Below are positions 18,850 to 27,878 of a DNA stretch of 64,000 bases, piece after piece. Below the pieces are notes generated by a model that was not told where the DNA came from, searched no databases, and saw only the letters and a list, made by a program, of their open reading frames with translations. The DNA comes from an uncultured Gemmatimonadales bacterium (GTDB lineage Bacteria > Gemmatimonadota > Gemmatimonadetes > Longimicrobiales > Longimicrobiaceae). The stretch is taken from the NCBI GenBank assembly GCA_963716255.1, contig OY970303.1, positions 4,800,001 to 4,864,000 on the forward strand. The letters run 5' to 3'. Each line of letters starts with the position of its first letter. The first letter of the stretch is position 1. Position numbers and translations under genes: made by a program.

Positions 18850-21800
18850 GTGCGTTCTCTGGAGTCGGCGCGTGCACAGGCACGCGAGTGCCGCGCCTCC
18901 CTCGGCGGATTGCAGGACGGCCTGCTCGAGCGTTTGGAGCAGCATCTCCGAGACGAGTATCGCGTGCGCGTTCACGCCGTCACGCGGGAGTTCCTGGACG
19001 GGGGCCGCGGTGAGATCGACACTTCCGGGAAGCGCCCGCGCCTCAACTATGACCGCGCGCTCGACGCCGATCCGCCGAAGAAGCTGGAGCTATTCGCCCA
19101 CGAGCTAGGCCACCTGGTCCTGCACAAGCGTCTTACCGGCGGAGCGGTGCCTCCCGACCCGCTCACCGGCTCAGCGTACCTGCGTGAGGGTGCCGCCGGC
19201 CTGGCGCGGTACAACCCGCGTTCCCGCGAGGAGGCAGAGGCGACCGCGTTTGCCACGGAGTTCGTCTGTCCTGCCGACCGGGTCTTTGAGGACTGGCGGA
19301 CGACTCCGGGCGCGACCGCCGCGACGATCGCGGCCAAGTGGGGCCTCTCGCCGGAGCTGGTCCGGGCGCAGCTCGCAGAAGGGCTCTACCGCTTCGTGAC
19401 CGGAGCCCTCGCTGGGGCCCGCGACGCGGACGGAGAGAGTCCCACGAATCCCGAGCAGGAGCGCGCCGCCATCCTGAAGGGTGTGCCCGTGCTGGTGGAC
19501 GCCGGGCCCGGGACGGGGAAGACGAAGACGCTGGTGCGCAGGATTGTGCACCTCCTCGTGGAGGAGGGCCAGCCGCCGGAGAGCCTGCTGGTCCTCACCT
19601 TCAGCCGTGAGGCCGCGGAGGAGCTGCGCACGCGCGTAGGCCGCGCCGTCGGCGACCCCGAGATGGCGGCACGCATCGAGATCGCCACGTTCCACGAGTT
19701 CGGGGTCGGCCTACTCCACGAGCACGGGCACCTCATCGGACTGCCGGAGAAGTTTACGATCCTGGACGAGGCGGTCCAGCAGGAGGCGGTGAGCCGGGTA
19801 CTCGGCCGCGCGGATTGCGACGCCATCCTGAAGCTGAAGAATCTGGACGAGACCGCGGAGGAGGCAGCCCGGCACATCACCTTCCTCAAAGACCGGCTGT
19901 GCACCCCGGCGAAGCTCACGGAGGCACTGCCGGGCGACCCGGATGCGCAGGCGGCCGAGGGAGTGCGCCAGGCGTGGGCCCTCCACGCCGTGTACACCGC
20001 GTATGAAGAGGAAAAGGCGGCCGCCGGAGCGGTTGACTTCGCAGACCTCATCCTGCTCCCGATCCGCCTACTTGAGGAGAACGAGGAGTTGCGGGAGGGG
20101 CTCCGGCGAGTGCGCCGTTGGGTGATGGTGGACGAGTATCAGGACGTAAGCCGCGCTGTCGCCGTGCTGCTCCAGAACCTGTGCGGTCCCGGGAACCCGC
20201 CGTGGGTGGTCGGCGACGCTCGTCAGGCGATCTACCGCTTCCGGGGCGCCGCCCCCGAGAACGTGCAGCGCTTCGGGGAGGACTTCCCGAAGGCCGTCGT
20301 ACAGACGCTTCCCTGGAACTACCGCTCGACGGAGGCCATCGTGGCCGCGGCGAACCACCTGGCCGCGCTGATGACGGACGGCGTGGAGGCCGGGAGCGAG
20401 GTCCTCGCGATCTGGCGCTCGGCTGTCGAACTCGCCGCTGTCGAGGGCCCACCTGTCGTCATGGTCGAGGCCGACAGCGACCGCGCAGAGTACGACGCGG
20501 TGATCGACCTCGTACGCGCCTGGATGCAGGCGGACCAGGCGGAGCCAGGGGACATCGCGGTCCTCGCGCGACGGAACATCGACGTGCGCAACATCGCCCT
20601 GGCGCTGAACCGGGCGAAGATCCCGGCCGTCACGACGGGGCTGATCACCGCGGAGGGAGCTGCCGGGGATCTGGCGGCGGTACTTTCCCTGCTGGATGCA
20701 CCGCGTGGCGCCGTGCCCCGGCTGCTCTTCCGCTTTTCGCAGGGGCGTGTTGCGGCCGCAGTCCGCAGCGAAGCGGTGCGCCACGTCCTGTCCACCATGC
20801 GCACGCACGGGGCCTTCCCCGCAATTGAGGCCCCGGGTGCAGAGGACCTGGTCGCGGAGCTGGCAGGGGTCATTGAGGACCTGGCCCCGCTCCGCTTCTC
20901 AGGTGACGGGTGGGACGTACTTTGCGAGTTCCTGTTTGGCCGGGGAAGCTATCTGCGTGAGATCCTCCGGCGGGTTGAGGACCCGGAGGCGGCGCTCGCG
21001 CTGGAGGAGATTCTGACCTCGCTCGGGCTCGCAGCCGCGCACCGCTTCACCCATGCCGGTGCCGAGCGCCGCCCCTCGCGCCTGGCATTCGCAGAGCGAT
21101 TCCGGCGCGCATTGACCGAGCCTGTCCCGGGAACGATCGCTCCTCGGGGCGGTGCCAACGCCGTGCGCGTGATGACTTGCCATGCCTCCAAGGGGCTGGA
21201 GTTCCCCTTCGTGGTGGTGGCCGGCCAGAGTCTTCCCATCCGCAAGCGCGGGTACACATGGTTGCCGGAGGCGCTGCGGCCGAAGTCGAACGACGATGCT
21301 CTGCAGGCGGACTCACTCCTCTTCGTGGGGGTGACCCGCGCCCAGCGCGCCGTCGTGGTCTCGTACGCGCGGACCGCGAGCGGGTCGGAGAAGGCAACGA
21401 TCCGGCCGCTCCCTACTCTCCTTTCGCGCTGGAAGGGTACGGGTGCATTCCCGGTCCTGGCGCGGGAGAGCGGCCCCGCGATCAAGGACCTCATCCAGAT
21501 GGGGCCGATCTGGGGCGGCGGCCTCCCGGCTACGCTATCGACCTACTCGCTCGGGGACAGCTGTGTCGTCCGCACGTACCTGGAGGACCACCTCGGCATC
21601 GACTTCCCCCCCGGCGAGGTCGAGATCTACCCGAAGTTCGTGTGGCGAGTGCGGCGGGTTCTCCAGCGAGTCGTGGAGCTGGCCCACCGGGAGGGAGCTC
21701 GCGTGGACCCGGCGGCGGCGGACGCGCTGCTGGAGGAAGAGTGGCCTGCGGACGACTTCGAAGGCCACCCCCACCTTGCCGTCTTCCTGCCGCGCGCCCG

Positions 21801-22299
21801 GGCCTGGGTGCGTACGTTCGCCGCGGAGTACGACCCGCTCGCCTTTCCCGGGGACGTCTTGGTGCCGGAGGTGGCGATCGTAGCCGGAGAGGAGGTACAC
21901 ACGGTCCGGGGTGACCTCGTGGCACACGTGAGCACTCCCGATGGGCGCGTGGCGGTGCTGTTCCGGCCCGAGGCTCTGAAGCTCGGCCGGGGCGGGGCTG
22001 CGGTCACGTGGTCGACGCTCAAGGAGCCGAAGCGCCTTCCCCTCGTCCTCCTCTGGGGTGAGGATCCCCGCCTGCGGCCGTACGTCTTCAGCGGGCCAGC
22101 CGGCCGCATCTACCCGTACAAGTGGAGGGATCGCAATCCGGAGGAGGCGCTCGAAAACGAGCTTGCTGCGGTGCAGGCTGCCGTCGATGCACAGGCCGCG
22201 GGCCGGTTCGAGCAGTTGGTGAGCGAGTACACCTGCGACGGTTGCCCCTGCCGCGTGTCGTGCCCGTACTGGATCGGGGCGCTGGAAGAAGATCTTTGA
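18850..22299 (+). CDS. ImmA/IrrE-type Zn metallopeptidase fused to a UvrD/PcrA SF1A helicase and a C-terminal Cys-staple nuclease-like domain
   Basis: FAHELGHLVLH and EEAEATAFATEF (IrrE); AGPGTGKT, VDEYQD, VGDARQAIYRFRGA, NYRS, MTCHASKGLEF, FVGVTRA (UvrD motifs); GDSC...CDGCPCRVSC. Confidence 0.9.
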   Translation: MRSLESARAQARECRASLGGLQDGLLERLEQHLRDEYRVRVHAVTREFLDGGRGEIDTSGKRPRLNYDRALDADPPKKLELFAHELGHLVLHKRLTGGAVPPDPLTGSAYLREGAAGLARYNPRSREEAEATAFATEFVCPADRVFEDWRTTPGATAATIAAKWGLSPELVRAQLAEGLYRFVTGALAGARDADGESPTNPEQERAAILKGVPVLVDAGPGTGKTKTLVRRIVHLLVEEGQPPESLLVLTFSREAAEELRTRVGRAVGDPEMAARIEIATFHEFGVGLLHEHGHLIGLPEKFTILDEAVQQEAVSRVLGRADCDAILKLKNLDETAEEAARHITFLKDRLCTPAKLTEALPGDPDAQAAEGVRQAWALHAVYTAYEEEKAAAGAVDFADLILLPIRLLEENEELREGLRRVRRWVMVDEYQDVSRAVAVLLQNLCGPGNPPWVVGDARQAIYRFRGAAPENVQRFGEDFPKAVVQTLPWNYRSTEAIVAAANHLAALMTDGVEAGSEVLAIWRSAVELAAVEGPPVVMVEADSDRAEYDAVIDLVRAWMQADQAEPGDIAVLARRNIDVRNIALALNRAKIPAVTTGLITAEGAAGDLAAVLSLLDAPRGAVPRLLFRFSQGRVAAAVRSEAVRHVLSTMRTHGAFPAIEAPGAEDLVAELAGVIEDLAPLRFSGDGWDVLCEFLFGRGSYLREILRRVEDPEAALALEEILTSLGLAAAHRFTHAGAERRPSRLAFAERFRRALTEPVPGTIAPRGGANAVRVMTCHASKGLEFPFVVVAGQSLPIRKRGYTWLPEALRPKSNDDALQADSLLFVGVTRAQRAVVVSYARTASGSEKATIRPLPTLLSRWKGTGAFPVLARESGPAIKDLIQMGPIWGGGLPATLSTYSLGDSCVVRTYLEDHLGIDFPPGEVEIYPKFVWRVRRVLQRVVELAHREGARVDPAAADALLEEEWPADDFEGHPHLAVFLPRARAWVRTFAAEYDPLAFPGDVLVPEVAIVAGEEVHTVRGDLVAHVSTPDGRVAVLFRPEALKLGRGGAAVTWSTLKEPKRLPLVLLWGEDPRLRPYVFSGPAGRIYPYKWRDRNPEEALENELAAVQAAVDAQAAGRFEQLVSEYTCDGCPCRVSCPYWIGALEEDL

Positions 22300-22411
22300 C
22301 GAAGCGCACATTCGGCGCCCGCGTGGCCGTACTCCAGAACGGGTAGACTGGAAGACCCACGCACCGGGACCGGCCAGAGTCCAGCTCGACTTCACCCGCG
22401 GAGATTTGTAT

Positions 22412-23992
22412 ATGGCGGATGCATTGGTCGCACAGCAGATGGGCAAGCGATACCAAGCCTGGCTGTTCTGGGAGTACGCGTCCCAGCTCCTGCTGCCTAG
22501 CACGAACGTCGTCGAGGTTCGGTTCGAGGATGGCGTGCGCGCCTTTGACGACGTGGTGGTTTGCTTCGATCCTCCTCGTCTCAGTGGGTACCAGGAGTGG
22601 GTCACCCACCGGAACCTCCAGGCCAAGTATCATATTGGCTCGGGCGGCGAATTCAACATCGAGTGCTTCACGAACCCGGGCTTCATCGGAGCCACGGACG
22701 CCACACTTCTCAGCCGGCTCGGGGACGCATACCGCACGCTCGGCTCCGACGATTTCCTGCGCCGGGACTTCTGGATCGTCTCCCCCTGGGCGTTGCGCTC
22801 GGACGACTGGGCCTTGGCCGAACTGTGGAGGGAGAACACGCAGGGGCTGAATCCCACTGTGCTTGCTCAAGGAAAGCAGAGGAACAGCCGATGGGTGAAC
22901 CTGCGTGCGAAGTGGAGGGAGGCGACTGGCGCCAGCAGCGATGACGAACTGCTGGCCATGATCGGCCGCTTGCGCCTGGGTTACAGCTATGGGGGCGTGA
23001 CCGAGCGGTACGCCGAGATCCTCAGCGCCCGACTGCACGCTGTGGGACTCCGGCCCGTCGAGCCGTATGCAATGGTGGAACCGTACTCGGAGATCCCCTG
23101 GAACCTCCACGCCCAGAAGCATACCCGATACGCCAGGGCTGACATTCAGCGCATCGTTGAGACGGCGAATCTGCTCCTCCCGCCACCGAATCGCCCCGCG
23201 GGAGCACGGCTCGGAATCCGGAGCCGGGTGGAGTGGGGTGACCATATGGAGGCGGAATGCCAGGCCGTTCTGCCGCTGGAGGACCTCTTTGAGCGACGTG
23301 TGCTCCGTGATGGCGTGACCTGGACGCAGGTCTACCAGCGCATACACGAGTTTCTCCGCGCCGAGACCCGGGGTGGCGTGCGGAAGCTACTGGAGTTGGC
23401 GGCACCCATCACGGTTGCGTTCGCTGCCGGCTACGCGTTGCCTACCCGGGAGGGGCGTCCGGTCTTCCCCCTGCAGAAGTACCGAGGGGGCGAGACGCTA
23501 TGGGACGCCATCGAGCCGGATCCGACGGCGGGCGGGTGGCAGACTCATCGCGACGAGTTGACGGGCACTGGCGGTCCGGACATCGCCGTCGGCCTCGCGC
23601 TCTCCCAAGGGGTGTGGACAGCAATGCATTCCTACGTGTTGCGCGCCTGCCCGGAGATCGGCCGCATAATTGAGCTGCACCCGCCCGGCGGCCCGGGTAG
23701 GGCCAGCGTGCGCGACGCCGGACACGCCGTCCATCTAGCGGTCGAAGTGGAGCGCCTCCTGCGCGACCTGCGCGTCTCCTCCGGATCCGGCGTGTGGACC
23801 GCGCACCTCTTCCTGTCCGTGCCCAACGGCTTCGCCTTTCTGCTCGGTCAGGAGGGAGAGCGCCTCGGCAGCTGCCAGCTCTACGAGTTCGACTTTAGCA
23901 CAGAGCGGGACGGCTCCTACCAGCCCTCTCTCCGCTTTCCCGACGACACCCGGCTGACGGTTGCGGCACCTCGAACTTCCGAGTCCCAATGA
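22412..23992 (+). CDS. cap4: CBASS effector: restriction-endonuclease-like domain plus SAVED (Cap4-like)
   Basis: G.RYQ..FW, V.FE, FDDVVV, LQAKYH nuclease motifs; SAVED HLFLSVPNGFAFLLGQ..QLYEF..YQPS. Confidence 0.85.
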   Translation: MADALVAQQMGKRYQAWLFWEYASQLLLPSTNVVEVRFEDGVRAFDDVVVCFDPPRLSGYQEWVTHRNLQAKYHIGSGGEFNIECFTNPGFIGATDATLLSRLGDAYRTLGSDDFLRRDFWIVSPWALRSDDWALAELWRENTQGLNPTVLAQGKQRNSRWVNLRAKWREATGASSDDELLAMIGRLRLGYSYGGVTERYAEILSARLHAVGLRPVEPYAMVEPYSEIPWNLHAQKHTRYARADIQRIVETANLLLPPPNRPAGARLGIRSRVEWGDHMEAECQAVLPLEDLFERRVLRDGVTWTQVYQRIHEFLRAETRGGVRKLLELAAPITVAFAAGYALPTREGRPVFPLQKYRGGETLWDAIEPDPTAGGWQTHRDELTGTGGPDIAVGLALSQGVWTAMHSYVLRACPEIGRIIELHPPGGPGRASVRDAGHAVHLAVEVERLLRDLRVSSGSGVWTAHLFLSVPNGFAFLLGQEGERLGSCQLYEFDFSTERDGSYQPSLRFPDDTRLTVAAPRTSESQ

Positions 23993-25152
23993 GCGCACTG
24001 CCCACCTACTTCGCCGACTTCCTGAAGGCGATTCGCCTGCAGGACGATCTGCGCACCGAGCTACAGGAGGCCCACCGCGAGCTGACCGAACGCTTGGAGA
24101 AGGATGCGTCCCTGAAGCCTATCTTCGTGGATACCTTCCTTCAGGGTAGCTACAAGCGCTCGACTATCGTGGACCCCCAGGAAGGGGACTTCGCGGATGT
24201 CGACCTCGTTGTGGTGACTGGTCTTGAAGAGCGCATGCACCCGGAGCCCGCCACGGCCATGGATCTCTTCATCCCGTTCCTCGATCGCAACTACCGCGGA
24301 AAGTGGGAAGCGCAGGATCGGTCCTTCGGCATCGAGGAGGGCAAGATCTGGATGGACATGGTGATCACCTCCGCACCTTCGGAAGCCATGAGGGGTGTGC
24401 TCGCCTACAAAGCGGTGCGCAGCCGGATGAGCTTGGAGGAAGACTTGGAGTTCCGGATCCGGGGTGCCTGGGTTCCCCCGGAGCAGCGCATGGCGCCACA
24501 CAGCTGGAAGCAGATCATGGCGCGGGAGGGCGAGCCCCTCGGTGCCTGGGGTGAGGACCCGCTCCGCATCCCGGATCGGACCCGCCGCTGCTGGGAACCC
24601 ACCCATCCGCTCGCGCAGATCGACTGGACGGCCGAGAAGAGCCGGCAAACCAACGGCAACTACCTGGGTGTGGTTCGCGCGCTCAAGTGGTGGCGGCGCC
24701 GCAATCCAAAGCCGAAGTACCCCAAGGGCTACCCTTTGGAGGCGCTGATCGGCGACGCCTGCCCCGACGGGATCACGTCCGTGGCCGAGGGCGTGACGCG
24801 CACCCTTGAGGTCCTGGACGAGCGCTGGCGTGCCGTAGCCGCCGAGCAGCAGGTCCCCTACATCAAGGACCACGGCGTGGACCAGAACGTCCTCGGACGC
24901 ATCTCGGGCGAGGAGTTCGCCCAGTTCCATGCTCTACTCGGCCCCGCCGCCCGCACTGCGCGGAGTGCGCTTGAGGCGGAGCAGAAGGAGCACTCCGTCT
25001 TCTTGTGGCAGGATCTTTTCGGCGGCCGCTTTCCCGATGTCCGTGGCCAAGAGGGTCCGGGCGGACCGCCGGGGCCGGAAGGAGGCGGTCCCACTGGTGG
25101 TTTCACGCCGCGCACGGCGGTGGGCACCGTGGGCGGCGGGCGCTTCGGATGA
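23989..25152 (+). CDS. CBASS cGAS/DncV-like nucleotidyltransferase (CD-NTase)
   Basis: FLQGSYKRST..ADVDLVVV, VRALKWWR, PKGYPLE; C-terminal GGGRFG tail; ATGA overlaps at both ends. Confidence 0.92.
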   Translation: MSALPTYFADFLKAIRLQDDLRTELQEAHRELTERLEKDASLKPIFVDTFLQGSYKRSTIVDPQEGDFADVDLVVVTGLEERMHPEPATAMDLFIPFLDRNYRGKWEAQDRSFGIEEGKIWMDMVITSAPSEAMRGVLAYKAVRSRMSLEEDLEFRIRGAWVPPEQRMAPHSWKQIMAREGEPLGAWGEDPLRIPDRTRRCWEPTHPLAQIDWTAEKSRQTNGNYLGVVRALKWWRRRNPKPKYPKGYPLEALIGDACPDGITSVAEGVTRTLEVLDERWRAVAAEQQVPYIKDHGVDQNVLGRISGEEFAQFHALLGPAARTARSALEAEQKEHSVFLWQDLFGGRFPDVRGQEGPGGPPGPEGGGPTGGFTPRTAVGTVGGGRFG

Positions 25153-27005
25153 ACAGGACGCCGCACCCGACGGCAGATCTCCTCGTCGGGCGTCGGGAGC
25201 TGGACGACGTTCCTGGCTACGAGCCGCTCACAGACGTGACGTGGCACGAGAGCGCGAGACAATGGGTGCTCCATTTCCGGCTCCACGTACCCATACCTGC
25301 GGTGGAGGTACAGGACGAGACCGTACCGGAGGCTACTGACTGGTATGCCTTGATCGCTCCGGAGTACCCGGCCGGAGCGATCAAAGTCTATCCGGCTGCA
25401 GTGGGCGGCCTCCAGCAGACGTATCCGCACCAGGCCGCCAACCGGTCGCCACGGCCGGGCGAGCCGTGGCGCCAGGGCGACGTATGCGTGGCCACCCCTG
25501 CGCGCGGGTTCGGCCGGTTCGTTCTGGACGTAGAGCTGCATGATGCGCCGGCGCGCCTCTGGTGGCACATCGCCCGGACCCGCTCCTGGGTCGAGGCTGC
25601 CCGGCGTGGCGAGTTGCTCCGTGAGGGCGAGCCATTCGAACTCCCTGTTTACGCCTCCGCTACCCGCCCGCTCGTCGTCTTCGACGAGATCGCGACTAGT
25701 CTGGCAGCCTGGCAGGACATAGACGAGCGGTTCGGCTACGCCACCCTAGCCGAACCCAAGGCAAACGCACGTCTGCGTGTCGTCCGCTGCTTCTCTTCGC
25801 CAGGCCGGGCCGGACAGGAGATTCTGACGGCGCAATGGGGAGCCCATTTCGCGGATTCCGCCAATGCTGGAGTGCCGCAGCGGGCGGCATGGGTGCGCTG
25901 CAATGAGCTTCCAACCCTGCCGCCGTGGCGTGCTCCGGAGAACTGGGGCGAGCTCATCACTGCCCTGGCTGCCCAAGGCGTCGAGCTAATGGCGGTACTG
26001 CAGCAGCTGGCCCCGGGCCTTCGGGACAAGGCCGCTCACCTCCTCCTGATCGGTGCCCCTGTGCCGGTCCGTGTGGGCGGGATGCCGGCACTAATGCACT
26101 GGCTCGCTCTGCGCTTGCCGGCACTTTCCCCGCTCAGCCAACCGCAGAAGGGGTTCCGCCCAGGCGAGGAGGGTGCCTGGCGCCGGGACGCGGCGGACGT
26201 GCTTTCGCCCACACGCTCGATTTCATGGGTTCCCACCGGGAACTGGGGACCGGAGGAGATCGCTACCCGCGGGCGCGCTGCGCCGTCCCTGCGGGACGCG
26301 CGCATCGTGCTGATCGGCGCCGGTGCCCTCGGTTCGATGATCGCCGAGCTACTGGTGCGGGAGGGAGTCACCGCGGTGACCGTGTTGGACGGCGATACTC
26401 TACAAGCAGGGAACCTCGTTCGGCACACGCTTACAGTCGCGGAGGTCGGTGCTCCCAAGGCGACTACGCTGGCGCAGCGCCTGAACCTAGTGAATCCTCA
26501 CGCACAGGTGGTTGGGATCGAAGAGGAGTTCCCAGGCGAGGCCCGGGGCCAGGCCGCCCTCGCTGAAGCGGACATCGTAATCGACTCCACAGGGAGCGAC
26601 GCGCTGCTTCAGCAGCTGCACGTGCACGAGTGGAGCGGTGACAAGCTCTTCGTCAGCGTCTCGATCGGCTTCTTCGCGCGCCGCCTCTTCTTCTTCGCCG
26701 CCCGCGGTGCCAGTTTTCCGCTGGAGGAGCTGGCTGCAGTCGTCAACCCTTGGCTCCTGTACGAGCGCGAAGAGTTCGGAGACTCCGAGATGCCGTGGGA
26801 GGGAACCGGTTGCTGGCACCCGGTTTTTCCCGCCCGCGCCAGCGACTTCGCAATGCTCGGTGGTGTGACGCTGCGCCAGTTGGAGGCGGCCGTCGCGCTG
26901 CCCGAAAGCGAGTATACGTTCCACGTGACCGAGCGCGTGGAGGACGGCTCGGGCGCGATCCAACTGCTACGCGCCTCGCTCCCCGACCGGAAGACCAATG
27001 TCTGA
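25149..27005 (+). CDS. cap2: CBASS Cap2 E2-E1 (ThiF) fusion
   Basis: E2-like YP..TYPHQ..GDVC; ThiF LIGAGALGS, DGD.L..GNLVRH; GCWHPVFPA catalytic Cys region. Confidence 0.92.
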   Translation: MNRTPHPTADLLVGRRELDDVPGYEPLTDVTWHESARQWVLHFRLHVPIPAVEVQDETVPEATDWYALIAPEYPAGAIKVYPAAVGGLQQTYPHQAANRSPRPGEPWRQGDVCVATPARGFGRFVLDVELHDAPARLWWHIARTRSWVEAARRGELLREGEPFELPVYASATRPLVVFDEIATSLAAWQDIDERFGYATLAEPKANARLRVVRCFSSPGRAGQEILTAQWGAHFADSANAGVPQRAAWVRCNELPTLPPWRAPENWGELITALAAQGVELMAVLQQLAPGLRDKAAHLLLIGAPVPVRVGGMPALMHWLALRLPALSPLSQPQKGFRPGEEGAWRRDAADVLSPTRSISWVPTGNWGPEEIATRGRAAPSLRDARIVLIGAGALGSMIAELLVREGVTAVTVLDGDTLQAGNLVRHTLTVAEVGAPKATTLAQRLNLVNPHAQVVGIEEEFPGEARGQAALAEADIVIDSTGSDALLQQLHVHEWSGDKLFVSVSIGFFARRLFFFAARGASFPLEELAAVVNPWLLYEREEFGDSEMPWEGTGCWHPVFPARASDFAMLGGVTLRQLEAAVALPESEYTFHVTERVEDGSGAIQLLRASLPDRKTNV

Positions 27006-27483
27006 GATCCGACTCGTTTCCCGGGATGGCCGCTTCCGGCTGCGCATTGATGCGCACCATGTGGAGCGGATCCTGGGCTTCTGCGCGGCCGCAGGTGCCG
27101 AGGAGACCGGTGGAGTGCTGATCGGTCGCTACAACGCGCGCCACGACACGGCACTCGTTACCGATGTTCCGCCGCCGCCGGCTGATTCCACCCGGGGGCG
27201 TACCTGGTTTCACCGTGGCACTCAGGGGCTGCAAACGATGCTGGGGCGCGCTTGGGGGCTTCGGAGGGAGCACTACTTGGGCGACTGGCACTTTCACCCA
27301 TTCGCGGCGCCCACGCCCAGCCAAGACGACTACAATCAGATGCTCCGCATCGCTTCCTCGCAGAGCTGGAAGTGTCCGGAGCCCATCCTGCTCATCATCG
27401 GCGGTGATCCACGGGCTGCGTGGCGGGCTTACGGCTTGGTCACTACCCGCACCGGAAATCGAATTCAGCTCAGCCAGAGGTAG
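26998..27483 (+). CDS. cap3: CBASS Cap3 JAB/MPN isopeptidase
   Basis: EETGGVLIG..YLGDWHFHP..PTPSQDD. Confidence 0.92.
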   Translation: MSEIRLVSRDGRFRLRIDAHHVERILGFCAAAGAEETGGVLIGRYNARHDTALVTDVPPPPADSTRGRTWFHRGTQGLQTMLGRAWGLRREHYLGDWHFHPFAAPTPSQDDYNQMLRIASSQSWKCPEPILLIIGGDPRAAWRAYGLVTTRTGNRIQLSQR

Positions 27484-27653
27484 AACAGATCAACGATGAC
27501 GACCCGACGTCTGGAAGCCTGGTGGCAACGCAATGCCTCACGAAGCTTTGTTCTGCGCGTCGGAGCCTGCGATTGATAACAGTCCACAGCGGTAGGTTGG
27601 CTGGGAATGTAGTGCCGCTATATCCCTACTCCTGTTCCAATGCGATCCCGAGT

Positions 27654-27696
27654 ACGAGAGGCCCCCAGGAGGACGAACCTCCCGGGGGCCTCTCGT
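27654..27696. terminator. Strong hairpin between the converging CBASS and pilC transcripts; probable terminator
   Basis: acgagaggcccccaggagg-acgaa-cctcccgggggcctctcgt: 19-bp stem with 1 mismatch; no long U-tract. Confidence 0.6.
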
Positions 27697-27806
27697 TAGC
27701 TCTGATCTCGCTCCTTTCCCGCAGACTTGCTCACGCGAGATCGTTGCAGCTCCACGAGCATTGGGTGTTTACCTGCAAATCACGTTTTTTGCTTGCTGTA
27801 CCGAAG

Positions 27807-27873
27807 GACATTTTGCATGTCGCACGCGACAGTTCGCATGTCGCGAAAACGACATTTTGCATGTCGCCCAACA
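27807..27873 (-). mobile_element. Tn7/Mu-like transposon end with three TnsB-box-like repeats
   Basis: gacattttgcatgtcgc (27807-23), gacagttcgcatgtcgc (27828-44), gacattttgcatgtcgc (27851-67), then ccaACA (minus strand 5'-TGTTGGGCGACATG); composition shifts to host-like GC immediately after. Confidence 0.8.
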
Positions 27874-27878
27874 AAAGC

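Noticed and set aside
21500..22299. Cas4 and thus a CRISPR-associated transposon
   Set aside because: The Cys-staple domain is fused to UvrD, as in AdnA/AddB-type proteins; no Cas effector or array was seen.
27807..27867. Three direct repeats as a mini-CRISPR array
   Set aside because: Units are 17 bp with 4-6 bp gaps and end in ACA; no cas genes were seen. This fits transposase binding sites better.
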